64,000 bases of DNA from Hormiphora californensis (GCA_020137815.1 CM035359.1:2108001-2172000); one strand, 5' to 3'; shown: positions 14,901 through 25,356, counted from the first letter of the stretch. A program made the numbers and translations. The notes: generated by a model not told the origin, from the sequence alone.

Positions 14901-17900
14901 AGAGACACAGTGCCCTGGAGTGGTAGAGGAGGAGGGAACGGAAGAGGGGACGGAGGGAGAGGAGGCTGGGGGAATGATCAGCGTCAAAATCTATAACTCA
15001 AAACGAGGTGAGTGAATTAAATTACATAATTATATTTAGAGAGTACAGTGTACACATTCGGATTAATTTTGCTCACTTGTCCATGGGCAAGTTGAGCTCA
15101 CGCTACGCCCCTGTTCAGATCTATTTTGGTCGAGTCATTATCATAGCACTGGCAAGTGCCCCGGGCCCAAAAGGGGGGTGTGGGGGCAGAGCCCCCACCT
15201 TAGAAATACCCTCTAACTCAAAAAATAAAAGAGAGAGCACACGCAACACTTCTACACACAAGCGCGTTAACCTGCCAGTGCTACTATATACCATTGCAAA
15301 TTTCGGGGTTTTTGATGCTTTAAAAATGCATGTTCCAGATGAAGTAGAGGGATGAAATTTTGTACTCTGAGGGCCCTCATATAGGAGAAGAGGCATACAA
15401 AATTTCAGAACGATCGGATGGAAGGTAAAAATTTGCCAGAGGGGTCCCAAAATGCAAAAATGTAAGGGAGGGGAGGGGGAGGGGGAGGGGGAGGACTTTG
15501 AGTGTTCTCCTAAACCACAAATAGTAGAGACTTGCCGTTTGGAACATTGGTTCCTTGCATTATTTGGCGTGGTATAGGCTATGTGAAAACTTCGAAATCG
15601 CCATAGTTCATTAATTATTCATTAATTATTCATTAATTATTCATTTTAATAACTTAATTGTATTATATCTCCATTTCGGCTCGTCCTAAAACGTTTTCGT
15701 GGGTATATTCCGACTCAAAATAGTCGATTTATGGGGGGTCGTCCCCCAGACAAAATTTCGTATCTCGCACCGTTTAGCCGTTATTTGCATATTTATGCTC
15801 AAATTCATGATTTTATGCATACCCTTTAAAATGTCCACTTCGGCTGACCCTAGAACGTTGTCTTGGGTATATTCCGACTCAAAATAGTCGATTTATGGGG
15901 GGTCGTCCCCTTGACAAAAATTCGTATCTCGCACCGTTTAGCCGTTATTTGCATATTTATGCTCAAATTTATGCATAATCTTTAAAATTTCCACTTCGGC
16001 TGACCCTAGAACGTTGTCTTGGGTATATTCCGACTCAAAATAGTCGATTTATGGGGGTCTTCCCCCAGACAAAAGTTCGTAACTCCCACCATTTAGCCGT
16101 TATATGCATATTTATGTAGCATTCAGATCCCAAAATAAAATCAGGAAAAAAGCTGTCTCTTTTTACACCAAAAAGAACAGAAATTTAGTCCGAAAACCAA
16201 TTAAATAAATTAGTTTGGATGCCCGGGCCCATTTGGTGTCACGGGGGTAAAACCTTTAGGCTACTGTCAAATGATGGATATCGAGAGAGATAAAGGAAAA
16301 CAAGTTGTGATATAAAGAGTGAGATATATCGAGAAAGACGGAGAGATAGTAAGAGAAATAATAATAATAATAATAATATTCCGCGCTTATATACCGCCCA
16401 TACCCGACAGAGACATGTCAAAATATTGACGATGTTCCGCCGAATCATCAGAGCGGTATATCCTCGACTACTTATATGACACACTCGAACAGCTCTGGTT
16501 GAAAAACAATATATAGACGACTAAATAAACTTGACTTATAAAACTGAGGGAATAACTGGTCCCATAATCCTGTAGATATAAATTAAAACACACTATACTC
16601 ACACCTGCTCGAAAAAAGGATACTAGGTAATGAATTAATAACATGGCTAGAGAGAGGATGACACTGATTGCCCGCAGGCCCCACAACTACAACAAACATT
16701 ACAACTCAGCCATGGGTTCCCCATCACCCACTCCAAATGCACCAACGAAGAGATGTGTTTTCAGCCGGGTTTTGAAAGTATCCACATTGGGGATTGACCT
16801 GAGCTCAAGAGGAAGCTCATTCCAGACAGAGGGCAGGAATACTGATAACCTCCTACGTCTCAACTTAGAGTTGGCATTGATACTGGTCATCTTTGGATGT
16901 TTTAACCTATAGGGATCCGGAACATTAGTCATCCTCGTTGTCCTAGAGGTTCCCCAAGTCTCATCACGTGGCACCAAATCCTGGAGATAACACGGGGCTG
17001 TTCCATTGACTATTTTGTAGGCAATCAAACATGCTTTGAAGTCCAACCTGTAGGAGATCGGTAAAATATGACATTGCCTGAAATACTCCATGTAGTTGTC
17101 CTGGTGTCCGTGGAGGTTAAATACAAAACGAACACAGGCATTGAGAAGCTTCTGGAGCCCACTGAGAACTCGACCAGGAAGTCCACAATACAGAATGTTA
17201 CTGTAGTCTATCCTCGATAAAATCAACTGTTTGACCAACATTATCTTTGTTGGGATATCAAAACACCTGTGCAGTTGCCAAAGGTTTCGTAACATCAGTC
17301 CACACTGTTTCCTCACATTGTTAACCTGTCGTTCAAGGCCAAGGTTATGATCCAAGAGAATTCCCAGGGTTTTACCATCTGTTCCACTACATTCACTGGG
17401 GGAGATTTCCGTTCCTCCAAAGTTAATAACTGGATCAAAAGAGACTTTGCTTAGAGAACTGCGCTTTCCAAGCAGGATGAATTCCGTTTTGGCCTCATTA
17501 CACTTCAACCACTGCCCTACCATCCACCTCTTCACCTTCGCCAGACACTCCTCAATATCCACCTTTGCCTCAACCCAGCCAGCAGCATCCGTAGGAACCA
17601 GACTCACGTAGAGCTGGGAATCATCTGCATATAACTTTATCCGGAGTCCATATGGCTCCACAATATCTTGTACAGCCTCGATGTAGAGTAGGAACAAAAT
17701 AGGACCAAGGAGGGACCCTTGAGGGACTCCACAAAGTAAAGCAAGGGTTTCCGAAAGGCAATCACCGACCGAAACTCTAAAAGATCTGGAACTCAAATAG
17801 CTTTTAAACCATCGGAGAGGTTCACCATCCACTCCAAACCGTTTCTGCAACACCTCCAACAACTTTCCATGGTCAACCGTATCAAAAGCAGCACTCATAT

Positions 17901-20147
17901 CTAGACAGATAAGAGCTACTACGTTTCCTTTATCCATTTCCCCTAGAATGTCATCGAACATGCTTGCCAATAGCGTTTCACAACTGTGACCAACACGATA
18001 GCCAGACTGATGTTTGCCCAAAAGAGAGTTGCGATCCAGGTAGTCATTGAGTTGCGTGAGAACTACCTTCTCAAGAAGCTTAGACAGAAATGGGATGTTC
18101 GAAACAGGACGATAGTTGCTGAGAGCTTCACGATCTCCATACATATTCTTGATGGTAGGAAAGACAAGTGCCTCCTGGAGAGATTCTGCGACCGAAGACT
18201 GATGTAGAGACTGATTGACTATTGATGTTAATGCAGGAGCCAGATCACTTATACACTCCTTTACCACCCAAGTGGGCAACGGGTCCAGGTCACAGTGCTT
18301 GCTGGACATCGATTTCACTAATGAAACAAGTTCCTCCTCAGATATCTCTTTGAATTCATTCCATGTTGTATGACAGGATTTTCCAGATTCCACAAAATCG
18401 CCAGCCTGCTGCTGCTCCTCATTGACTTGGGTCCGAATTTTGGTCACCTTTGAACTAAAGAACTTTGAAAAATCATCAGCCAGGTTCTTGTTGTTGGTAG
18501 TCTCAGGAAGAATAGTTTCCGCTTTTCCCAGGAGTTTCTGTAACTTTCTTTGTAGCTTCTTCGGGTCCCCTTTTGCCGCATCCAAGTCCTCTTTAACAAA
18601 AGCTGCTCTCTTTTCCTTGTCCATGTTTCCATAAACATATAAATAAAAAAGAGAAAAAAAGAGAAAGAGGGAGATATGGAGGTAGAGAGTGGGAGAAAGA
18701 GGAAAAGAGGGAGAAAGAGATAGAGGGAGGGAGAGAAAGAGAAAAGAAAAACGAGAGATGTGTATTGCAAAATAAACGAGATATGCCATTATTTATGACA
18801 GTAGCCTAAAGGTTTTACCCCCGTGACACCAAATGGGCCCGGGCATCCAAACTAATTTATTTAATTGGTTTTTGGACTAAATATAAGTATTATGGATTGA
18901 CTAAAACAGAGTATTGCTATTATGCAGTCGAAGTATTAGTAGTAAGTAGTATAGTACCAAATCTCTTCACCCATCACTATCAGGTTACGTGACTGTCAGC
19001 GATGGGCAGGTAGCACTTACTAAGGATGGGGACAATGAGGACAGTGTGTTTGAGAAAGTTGATGTTGAGGATGGAGGTTTTACTCTTGCGTGAGTTACAT
19101 TCTACATTTTAGGCAGTTAGAACTGGAATATGAACCGTAAAAAAAGGGTTTTTTAAAATTGTTGACGAAATTCTTAAAACCCTCTCTCATCTCGGTTCCA
19201 GGTCTGGTGGTCTCTACTTGAGTCAAGTCACTGTGGATCGTTCTATTCGAATTGAACTCCGCCAATATGGTAGGTTCTATTTATAGAAGCTTTAACATAG
19301 CTTTAGCTTTAACATAGATTATAATTTATGTTAAAGCTTGAAGTTGAACTTTGAAAATTATCTAGGTTACGACTTACGTTTAACGTGGTTACCACGGTAA
19401 ACGTAAGTCGTAAGGTCTGGTGGTCTCTACCTGAGTCAAGTCACTGTGGATCGTTCTATTCGAATTGAACTCCGCCAATATGGTAGGTTCTATTTATAGA
19501 AGCTTTAACATAGCTTTAGCTTTAACATAGATTATAATTTATGTTAAAGCTTGAAGTTGAACTTTGAAAATTATATAGGTTACGACTTACGTTTAACGTG
19601 GTTACCACGGTAAACGTAAGTCGTAACCTACGGCGTGGTAGTTTGCCATGATCCCCAAATAAATTGCCATGCTACGCAGTCTGTCCATTCGGCGCAGTGT
19701 GAGAGCTGACAGACTAGGAACACATGGCAACAAATAAATCTCTATTTCATATTCCTCTGTTCCTGCAGATGAGACGGATATGAATGACTTTATATGGTAC
19801 ACAGACACTGATGGACAGGGAAGTGATAGGTTATTTGTGAGGAGAAGGAATGGAAAGGCTTTCTATTTCGACTTTTACAAAGGTAGGTCCACGGGGCAAT
19901 GATTTTAGAGTGAAGGGGATTCACTGGGACAGAGTCGAGGACCTACCACAGCTGAGTTTCAGTTGCCGGACATGCAACCTCGAATTAAAGAAAGTACTTT
20001 GTGTATGTCACCGAATAATCGAAACTCCAAGAGAAAGAGCTAGAGAGCCATTTTTTTTCTAACCCATCTCCATCCCTCTTAGGCAGTCTGACAGGTTGGA
20101 AGGCGACAGACAAACCAAATCAAAAGTGGACCTTGGAGCAGCAGTGA
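230..20147 (+). CDS. 3' part of a large multi-exon Cys-rich, probably extracellular protein: alternating TIL and thyroglobulin type-1 domains, one ShKT domain, C-terminal beta-trefoil (ricin/fascin-like) region; 5' end lies upstream of the window
   Basis: GT-AG exons encode TIL motifs (EYSECSAHCQKSC..CTLQCQPGCVCPPG), TY motifs (CDQNGDYEPEQCHGSVCFCVDTATGEQI) and ShKT (CVDGNRNCVSW..LCTTHAYMKKNCRKSCGTC, ~1531-1640). The last exons read GYVTVSDGQVAL..GGLYLSQ..DFIWY..KPNQKWTLEQQ* (TGA 20145-20147), followed by AATAAA near 20206. Confidence 0.85.
960..1065. repeat. 10-bp minisatellite (GAGGGAGTGT)n, intronic
   Basis: Direct tandem copies visible in the sequence. Confidence 0.95.
2201..4171 (-). 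mobile_element. Non-autonomous Helitron
   Basis: On the minus strand it begins A|TCATACTATTATTAAAG (4171) and ends with hairpin TCGCCCGTAGGGCGA followed by CTAG|T (2201). Both flanks belong to the same taccata-tatggtatgga intronic repeat. It shares the motif TTTTATGAAGGAGCA with the Helitrons at 14141-14769. Confidence 0.75.
2505..3847. repeat. ~1.34-kb near-perfect palindrome (centre ~3176) containing a Tc1/mariner-like TIR pair TA|CGGTGCGGGAAAAAAAAGTCC (2599-3753)
   Basis: The arms are reverse complements, shown by the identical 125-aa ORFs at 2596..2973(-) and 3379..3756(+). Confidence 0.92.
5022..5086. repeat. Short dispersed intronic element (gttctaaccctccc..gaaacacagtctagccaggcaag)
   Basis: Reverse-complement or partial copies near 41586-41660, 40500-40525 and 55620-55662. 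Confidence 0.6.
6015..6620. repeat. 33-bp intronic minisatellite (aacaattcccccctttacatgtctaagaaactg) interrupted by a MITE
   Basis: Tandem copies lie on both sides of 6267-6520. Confidence 0.9.
6267..6520. mobile_element. PIF/Harbinger (Tourist-like) MITE
   Basis: Long TIR GGGGAAACTCTAA(C/T)TGAATGGACGCGCAGTAATGGC and a 3-bp TTA duplication at 6264-6266 / 6521-6523. Confidence 0.85.
6971..7651. mobile_element. Unclassified element with two abutting inverted-repeat pairs (possibly Crypton-like non-autonomous)
   Basis: IR1: aactatgaacgtttgt / acaaacgttcatagtt (6971-7175). IR2: atgaaacccgatag / ctatcgggtttcat (7174-7651). Internal GC-rich hairpins. Confidence 0.4.
7711..10680 (+). repeat. Four tandem genomic copies of a two-exon TIL+TY module (~0.75-0.9 kb each)
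   Basis: ORFs at 8533, 9428 and 10099 encode near-identical peptides, and the introns are duplicated too. Confidence 0.92.
9223..9319. mobile_element. Short copy of the poly-G-ended MITE family seen at 45873-46462
   Basis: ggggcaaggccacaaaaatccaaaccagccctaaagtctgggattgatctggc matches the 45873 element; G-tract and C-tract termini. Confidence 0.7.
12790..13385. repeat. G-rich 11-12-bp minisatellite (GGGGAGATTAG/GGGGAGATAAG)n, intronic
   Basis: About 50 degenerate tandem units. Confidence 0.95.
14141..14769 (+). mobile_element. Head-to-tail tandem of two non-autonomous Helitrons (14141-14452, 14453-14769)
   Basis: Structure A|TCTATATTATAA..CTAG TCTCTATTATAA..CTAG|T. Each unit ends with hairpin GCGCACCCAATGGGTGCGC running into CTAG. 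Confidence 0.85.
15147..16120. mobile_element. Unclassified TE-like segment with three ~160-bp internal tandem repeats
   Basis: gggtatattccgactcaaaatagtcgatttatggggg recurs at ~15701, 15865 and 16021; GC hairpin gtgggggcagagcccccac near the left end. Confidence 0.5.
16357..18630 (-). mobile_element. 5'-truncated L2/CR1-group non-LTR retrotransposon
   Basis: RT ORF followed by a 3'UTR ending ggcggtatataagcgcggaa(tat)n, an L2-type short-repeat tail. No APE endonuclease is present. Confidence 0.88.
16699..18789 (-). CDS. Non-LTR reverse transcriptase (ORF2 lacking endonuclease); LINE-derived part starts near Met at 18624
   Basis: Motifs NYRPVSNIPFLSKLLEK, HQSGYR, LDMSAAFDTVDH, GVPQGSLLGPILF, YADD and C-terminal FKTRLKTHLF; uninterrupted frame. 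Confidence 0.93.
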   Translation of the reverse strand: MAYLVYFAIHISRFSFLFLSLPLSLSPSFPLSPTLYLHISLFLFFSLFYLYVYGNMDKEKRAAFVKEDLDAAKGDPKKLQRKLQKLLGKAETILPETTNNKNLADDFSKFFSSKVTKIRTQVNEEQQQAGDFVESGKSCHTTWNEFKEISEEELVSLVKSMSSKHCDLDPLPTWVVKECISDLAPALTSIVNQSLHQSSVAESLQEALVFPTIKNMYGDREALSNYRPVSNIPFLSKLLEKVVLTQLNDYLDRNSLLGKHQSGYRVGHSCETLLASMFDDILGEMDKGNVVALICLDMSAAFDTVDHGKLLEVLQKRFGVDGEPLRWFKSYLSSRSFRVSVGDCLSETLALLCGVPQGSLLGPILFLLYIEAVQDIVEPYGLRIKLYADDSQLYVSLVPTDAAGWVEAKVDIEECLAKVKRWMVGQWLKCNEAKTEFILLGKRSSLSKVSFDPVINFGGTEISPSECSGTDGKTLGILLDHNLGLERQVNNVRKQCGLMLRNLWQLHRCFDIPTKIMLVKQLILSRIDYSNILYCGLPGRVLSGLQKLLNACVRFVFNLHGHQDNYMEYFRQCHILPISYRLDFKACLIAYKIVNGTAPCYLQDLVPRDETWGTSRTTRMTNVPDPYRLKHPKMTSINANSKLRRRRLSVFLPSVWNELPLELRSIPNVDTFKTRLKTHLFVGAFGVGDGEPMAEL
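19201..19626 (+). repeat. 213-bp tandem duplication containing a 68-nt coding exon (19202-19269 and 19415-19482)
   Basis: Two near-identical copies, each ending in the palindrome ttacgacttacgtttaacgtggttaccacggtaaacgtaagtcgtaa. Confidence 0.92.
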
Positions 20148-20851
20148 AGCCAGTGAAAAGTTGCAAGCCCGGCCCCTCATATTATTTTAAGCAAAGCTAA
20201 ATATAAATAAAGCTCATCTCGTAGTTTCGACTTCAGCTTCGAGCCTCAAAGTCAAACTTTGACGAACCTAAGACTCATTGCTCAATGAGTTCCTGAGATA
20301 TTTATAGATCAGTGGCTAAAATTATGAAATGTAAAATATCAAAATAAGTGTAAATTAATCATCCTGACCTACTTAATAAGTACTTATTATATATTTTATA
20401 CCGTTTTAACGCTTTTATATATTTTAGTACGATTTATATTCGATTGATTATTTTTTAGATACAACCCTGATTATATTAATTATTATAAACCTGCATTGTT
20501 TTTGATTTCTCAAATAATTTTCATAAAATAACCAACAATTTACTGCACGCGCGGAGATATGATTAAATAACTGCATTAATACGCCGCGCAGTAAGGCTCA
20601 GAATGAGACGCGCGCGCACTTTTTTTTATCCCCGAATATTCAGCCGAGTCGAAAATGCTCACTTTTTTTCTCGACAGTTTACAGTCGCTTGAAGCTCCCT
20701 CCTGCCAGCAGCCAGGGTCGGATAACTGACAAGTCCTCTGTCCTAGTACCCTCAGGCAGCTTTAGGCACCTTACTTACCTGGTTATACAGACCAAATAAA
20801 GTCATATAAACGCTGAAATTCGCCATTAATCGCCCAAATTATCCTCTCAGA

Positions 20852-22899
20852 ATGGCTGCAGTTGATTGTATTTCGCCGGGGAAGGAAGTTTTGGAGTTTT
20901 ATAGGCAGCACAAAGCGGAGTTTAATTTCACAAAGCGGACAGATGATGAGTTTTTAATGTTCTTGATCAGTACGGCAGCAAAGGTTCTGTCCATCGCCCA
21001 CCAACTAACTCCCGTAATAGAAGCCGTGTCTTCGGAATTGGAAGAGGATTCGGACAACATGGACACCGAACTAAATGATAGCAGGTAATTGCACAGGAAA
21101 ATAAGGTACATATTACACATCATGTATTACAACAAATCCGTAACACTTTTTGTTCCTTTCAGAGACGACAGTAATCAGCGATCGGAAAAGGTAGAAATAT
21201 TAGAACCGCCTGTTTTGGAGCCGCCGATAACTCCCTCGCCACCTCCTAGATTTCCCTCCCGCGACCACTTTCATCATTACCAGCGCCATCGCCTGAGGAG
21301 AAGCAACTCCAGTGAAAACAATAACGATATACAAATGACTAATTTCACACGGGAAATTGAAAATGTCGCCAATGCCATGGACTATTCATCGCCGCCTAAT
21401 AAAACAGAACCCCTGTCTGAATCCTTTGAAAATATGTCAAATATTGTCAGTACACCGGATCGATTTTCAACGCCATGTATGGCGAAACCTGCTGCATCTT
21501 CTTTCGCCAATTCGACAAACATGACGCCGTCAGAAAATGAGAATATCAACAGTTTAAACAATAGCAACGAAGGATCGCCTGGGTAAGAGGGGGGGATAAC
21601 TTTGATTTTCTTTATTCAGCACATCACAGCTTTTTAAGTAAAATCTTCGTGATCTTCACCACATAGCGTTTCATTCACAGCACAGATAACGTCATAGTAT
21701 CAGTTCTCGCCACAGTCCTGCAACAAATGCTACCGAGCATTGAACAACTGGAAGACTTCAACAGTCAAGGTGTCACTGAAAGGGAGGTTGAAGATAAGAT
21801 AAAATCTCTGATGGGATCACCTGAACATTCAGCCACATTCCTCTCACAATCACCCAGTCAGAACGCTGTCTCTATTAAACAAGAACCCGGTGAAGGAGAG
21901 GGCTCTTCTTCATTTCATAACTTCACCCTTATTTACGATGAAAAGTAAGAAATTCCACACCCCCCCCCTTTCGACCCTTGACCTCTAGCCTGGGGTTTAC
22001 AAGGTGGTGGCTACAAAATATTTGTACATTCTAATATTTTCTGTTTCAGCTCCGAAGAAAAGCAAGCAAAGCAACAAGAAAGTAAGTTCAAATCCCATTT
22101 TTCCAAAGCCCGCTAATTTAGTTATTGACATATTGTGGTAGACACCAGCACCCTGTTTATTTAATATTTTTTATTGCATTTTTCACACTTGTCTCTAGAA
22201 CGTGATGGAGATGAAGTCTGCGTGGTAGACCCCCACGGGACCCGGCACGTCCTATCAAGAAGCAAACAACGCCGATGTAAAATCTGCCACAAGATCCGAA
22301 GATGGAGTTGTAGTATTTGTGATGTGGGGGTGTGTCAGGAGGTATGCTTTCGGAGTTTTCACGAGGATTTCCTGACCTATAAACACTATGTTGAGAAATA
22401 TAAATGCTTCGGGAAGAATCATAGAGCTAGAAAGAACTATTCTCTGCCGTTTTATCAAATTTCCCTACTGAATACAGTGCAGGGTCAGCGGCCGACGGAT
22501 CCCTCGCTACAGAACCTTACCGAAATGGCGCTATCTTTGAACCAGAGTGGGCTAACTCAGCAACAGAGGTTATCCGGGTTGGGGGTATCTTTAGAGCAAC
22601 AGGCGGGTAGCAGCAGCGGGGTAGTGGATAGCACACCGTTAACAATGGTTAACAAGGTAACCAGGATAACACCCGGTAACAAAGGAGGAGCAATACCCGG
22701 TAATAAAGGAGTAAAACCCGGTACTAAACCCGGTAGTAGGGGTGGTAAATCAAAACAGGAAGAGGGGATGAAAGAAGAAATGGTGGACCTGGAGAAAGAG
22801 GAAGTGGTAGACAGTGAAACGCAAATTAAGCAACAAGCATTGGACTCGTTGAATCAAATCCTTAAATCAAACCTCTTATCGGAGATTCCTCGGTTGTGA
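20852..22899 (+). CDS. 5-exon nuclear protein with a piggyBac-type C-terminal Cys-rich zinc finger; no transposase catalytic core
   Basis: Exons 20852-21084, 21163-21582, 21681-21944, 22050-22081 and 22199-22899 join in frame with GT-AG sites. Motif RRCKICHKIRRWSCSICDVGVCQEVCFRSFH fits the piggyBac CRD pattern CxxC..CxxCxxxxCxxxCFxxxH. Confidence 0.8.
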
Positions 22900-23764
22900 A
22901 TCCAAATGGCAAATAGAAATATTATTTTATTGAGTATATTATAATATCGCATTATGCAGTATATAAATAGATTTATCAAACTTATAGCTGTTCTTTTAGC
23001 TCAGAATGGCATTCTAGATAAAACTGGATGTACACAAAATAATGAAAGTGTATTATTGTTGCCGAGTATGTGACGTGTGTCATTTGTGTGTTTCTTGTGT
23101 AAGAAGCAGGGTGATTTAAAACCGAATTTGAAACATAATGTAGTCGGACCCCGATTTACTGGGCACTCAAAACCCCCCGAGCATCCCAGTAAATCGGAGC
23201 TTATTGTAGTACTATTTGTCAGAGAGAGAGAGAGAGAGAGTGTGTGTTTTTATAATGTCACTGGTATTGAAACTATTATTTAGCGGATTATTGTGAAATA
23301 AGTCGGGGTAGTTAGACAGCTTAGTAAGTTATTTCTTTTAATTTAGCGAGTGAGTTAGAGTTACATTTAGTAACATCATATAATTTAAAGTTAGCCGTAA
23401 CTCATTCACACCCACTTTTCACTGGCCTTTCTTGCGTTTGTGTGTTACACTCACCTTTTATTGTATTCACTTGTGCATGTAAACTGGCTTGGCTTGATTT
23501 GTAAATTTGGTCATTCAAATAATTGAGAGTGGTTTTCAAAACAAAAGTTGTAGATAATAACACTCTCCCCGAGCTGCTTTCGCTGTACCTCGCAATCCTA
23601 TCCGGCTTAGGTCCTAATCTCTCCTTTCTCTCTCTCTCTCTCTATATAATATATCTCTCTATCTCTGATCTCCCTCTCTCTATTTCTATCTCTGATCTCC
23701 CTCCCTCTCTCTCTCTCTCTGATCTCCCTCTCTCTCTTTCTATCTCTGATCTCCCTCGTTTCAG

Positions 23765-23985
23765 GACTGAACGAGCTGAAACTGTTGTATGAATGTGTCC
23801 CGGGGAGTGGTCGAGCTAAGTGTAAGATATGCACGAAAGAGTTTACCGAATCCGCAAACTGTCGACGGCACATAGAAAGCGTTCATTTTAAAAAGAAAAA
23901 TTACGCATGTACTCTGTGCAACAAATCGTTCTTTGCCAAACGAGCCCTCGAAGACCATTATAAGAATCGACATCTTATTAAGTGA
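23765..23985 (+). CDS. Terminal exon with two C2H2 zinc fingers; probable alternative last exon of the 20852 gene
   Basis: Long pyrimidine tract and TTTCAG acceptor at 23764, phase 1 (same as the 22199 exon). Encodes CKICTKEF..RRHIESVH..YACTLCNKSF..EDHYKNRH..*. No own first exon seen. Confidence 0.65.
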
Positions 23986-24862
23986 TAGTTAGAGACAGAG
24001 AAAAAGTTAAATCGTGTACCCAGCTTAATGAGAATCGTTTTAAAACCGAGTTTTGTCTTGTTGAAACAAGATAAATAATTTTTGAGTTGTGCATTTTGAA
24101 ATTTTTGTGTTTTTTTGAGTAGGAGAGAAATGTTGAGAATCGAGAGTAGTACAGAGTGAGAGAGAGTAGAGAATGAGTAAAAATGAGAGAGAGAGAGTAG
24201 AGAATGAGTAAAAATGAGAGAGTTTGATGGTTAGTTTGATTTTCCTTGCGTGTAAGAGCTGTCTATCTCTCTGTGTGTAAATTTATTCTACATAATATAT
24301 CCCTTGTATATTAGCTCTTTATACATAAAATCACAAAAAACCATTCGTCATAATTCTGTGTGTGTGTTATATACAGTCGTTGCATCCACTGAAAACCGAT
24401 GTATATTTAAATCTGTGCAGTGTGGCAACATTTTCTTTGCAAAGCTCAGAATGATTCAACTAAATGATAGCGAGAGAGATAACATGTATCGGCTTGGCAT
24501 TGCTGTGCATCAGGTTCAAGCACTGCTACACAATTTCACAGTTTGCAAGTTTCAGAAGAAAGAGAGAGTGGTGTGTTTAGTTTTATTATAGCCCAATTAT
24601 ATAATATCGTATTATACTGCTGTTTGACTGAAAAAGACAGGGTGTCCGATGTGCTCCTTTATAAAATTTAACATCGATTATTACCCTTCGAGAGGGAGAT
24701 GTGTGTTTTTAAATCAGATATCAATTGAGTCGACGCCCTGTTTTATCCCCCGCTCTATATATTTGTATCACTCTGTATTTTGCTCCCCTTTTTGTTATTT
24801 GACAGTTTCGTTTTTCTCTTTTCCTACCCCGACCCCGACCCCCGAACCCCGACTTCCTACTA

Positions 24863-25036
24863 CAGTCGGACCCCGATTTAACAGCACCCTCGGGGGGAAA
24901 GGGTTTTGTCCGTTAAATCGGGATGTCCGCTAAATCGGGGTCAAATACTGTTAATTTCCTATATCGGGGGAAGATTATCCTGCCGTTAAATCGGGGTGCC
25001 GTTAAATCGGGGTGCCGTTAAATCGGGGTCCGACTG
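24863..25036. mobile_element. Tc1/pogo-type MITE
   Basis: TA|CAGTCGGACCCCGATTTAAC..GTTAAATCGGGGTCCGACTG|TA; relatives near 23143, 34455, 44397, 47018 and 60125. Confidence 0.88.
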
Positions 25037-25263
25037 TACTTGCACGTTGTTTTCTATCAATCTAATTCCTTTATTCACATCATCTTCTACTTTCCATCCT
25101 CTCTTGAAGAGAGTCTCTTCTTTATTACTTTTCTTTGTTCTCTTCCCTGTTACACACAAGCTTTTCTCTCCGCAAGCTTTTCTCTCCGCTGGCTCTTGAC
25201 TTTTCTCCTTCTCTCTCTCTTTCTTTCTCTCTCTTTCTTTCTCTCTCTTTCTTTCTCTCTCTA

Positions 25264-25356
<93 letters not shown>

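Larger units (their letters stand above)
16183..18882. mobile_element. TIR element (~87-bp inverted arms, GA-rich core) enclosing an L2-like LINE
   Basis: Arms 16183-16269 and 18796-18882 are reverse complements (one mismatch seen). Termini resemble the empty element at 37063-37453. Confidence 0.85.

Noticed and set aside
16183-18882. Penelope/DIRS-type element (RT with inverted termini)
   Set aside because: The RT is L2/CR1-type with its own (TAT)n tail inside the TIRs; no GIY-YIG or tyrosine recombinase; a related empty TIR element is present at 37063.
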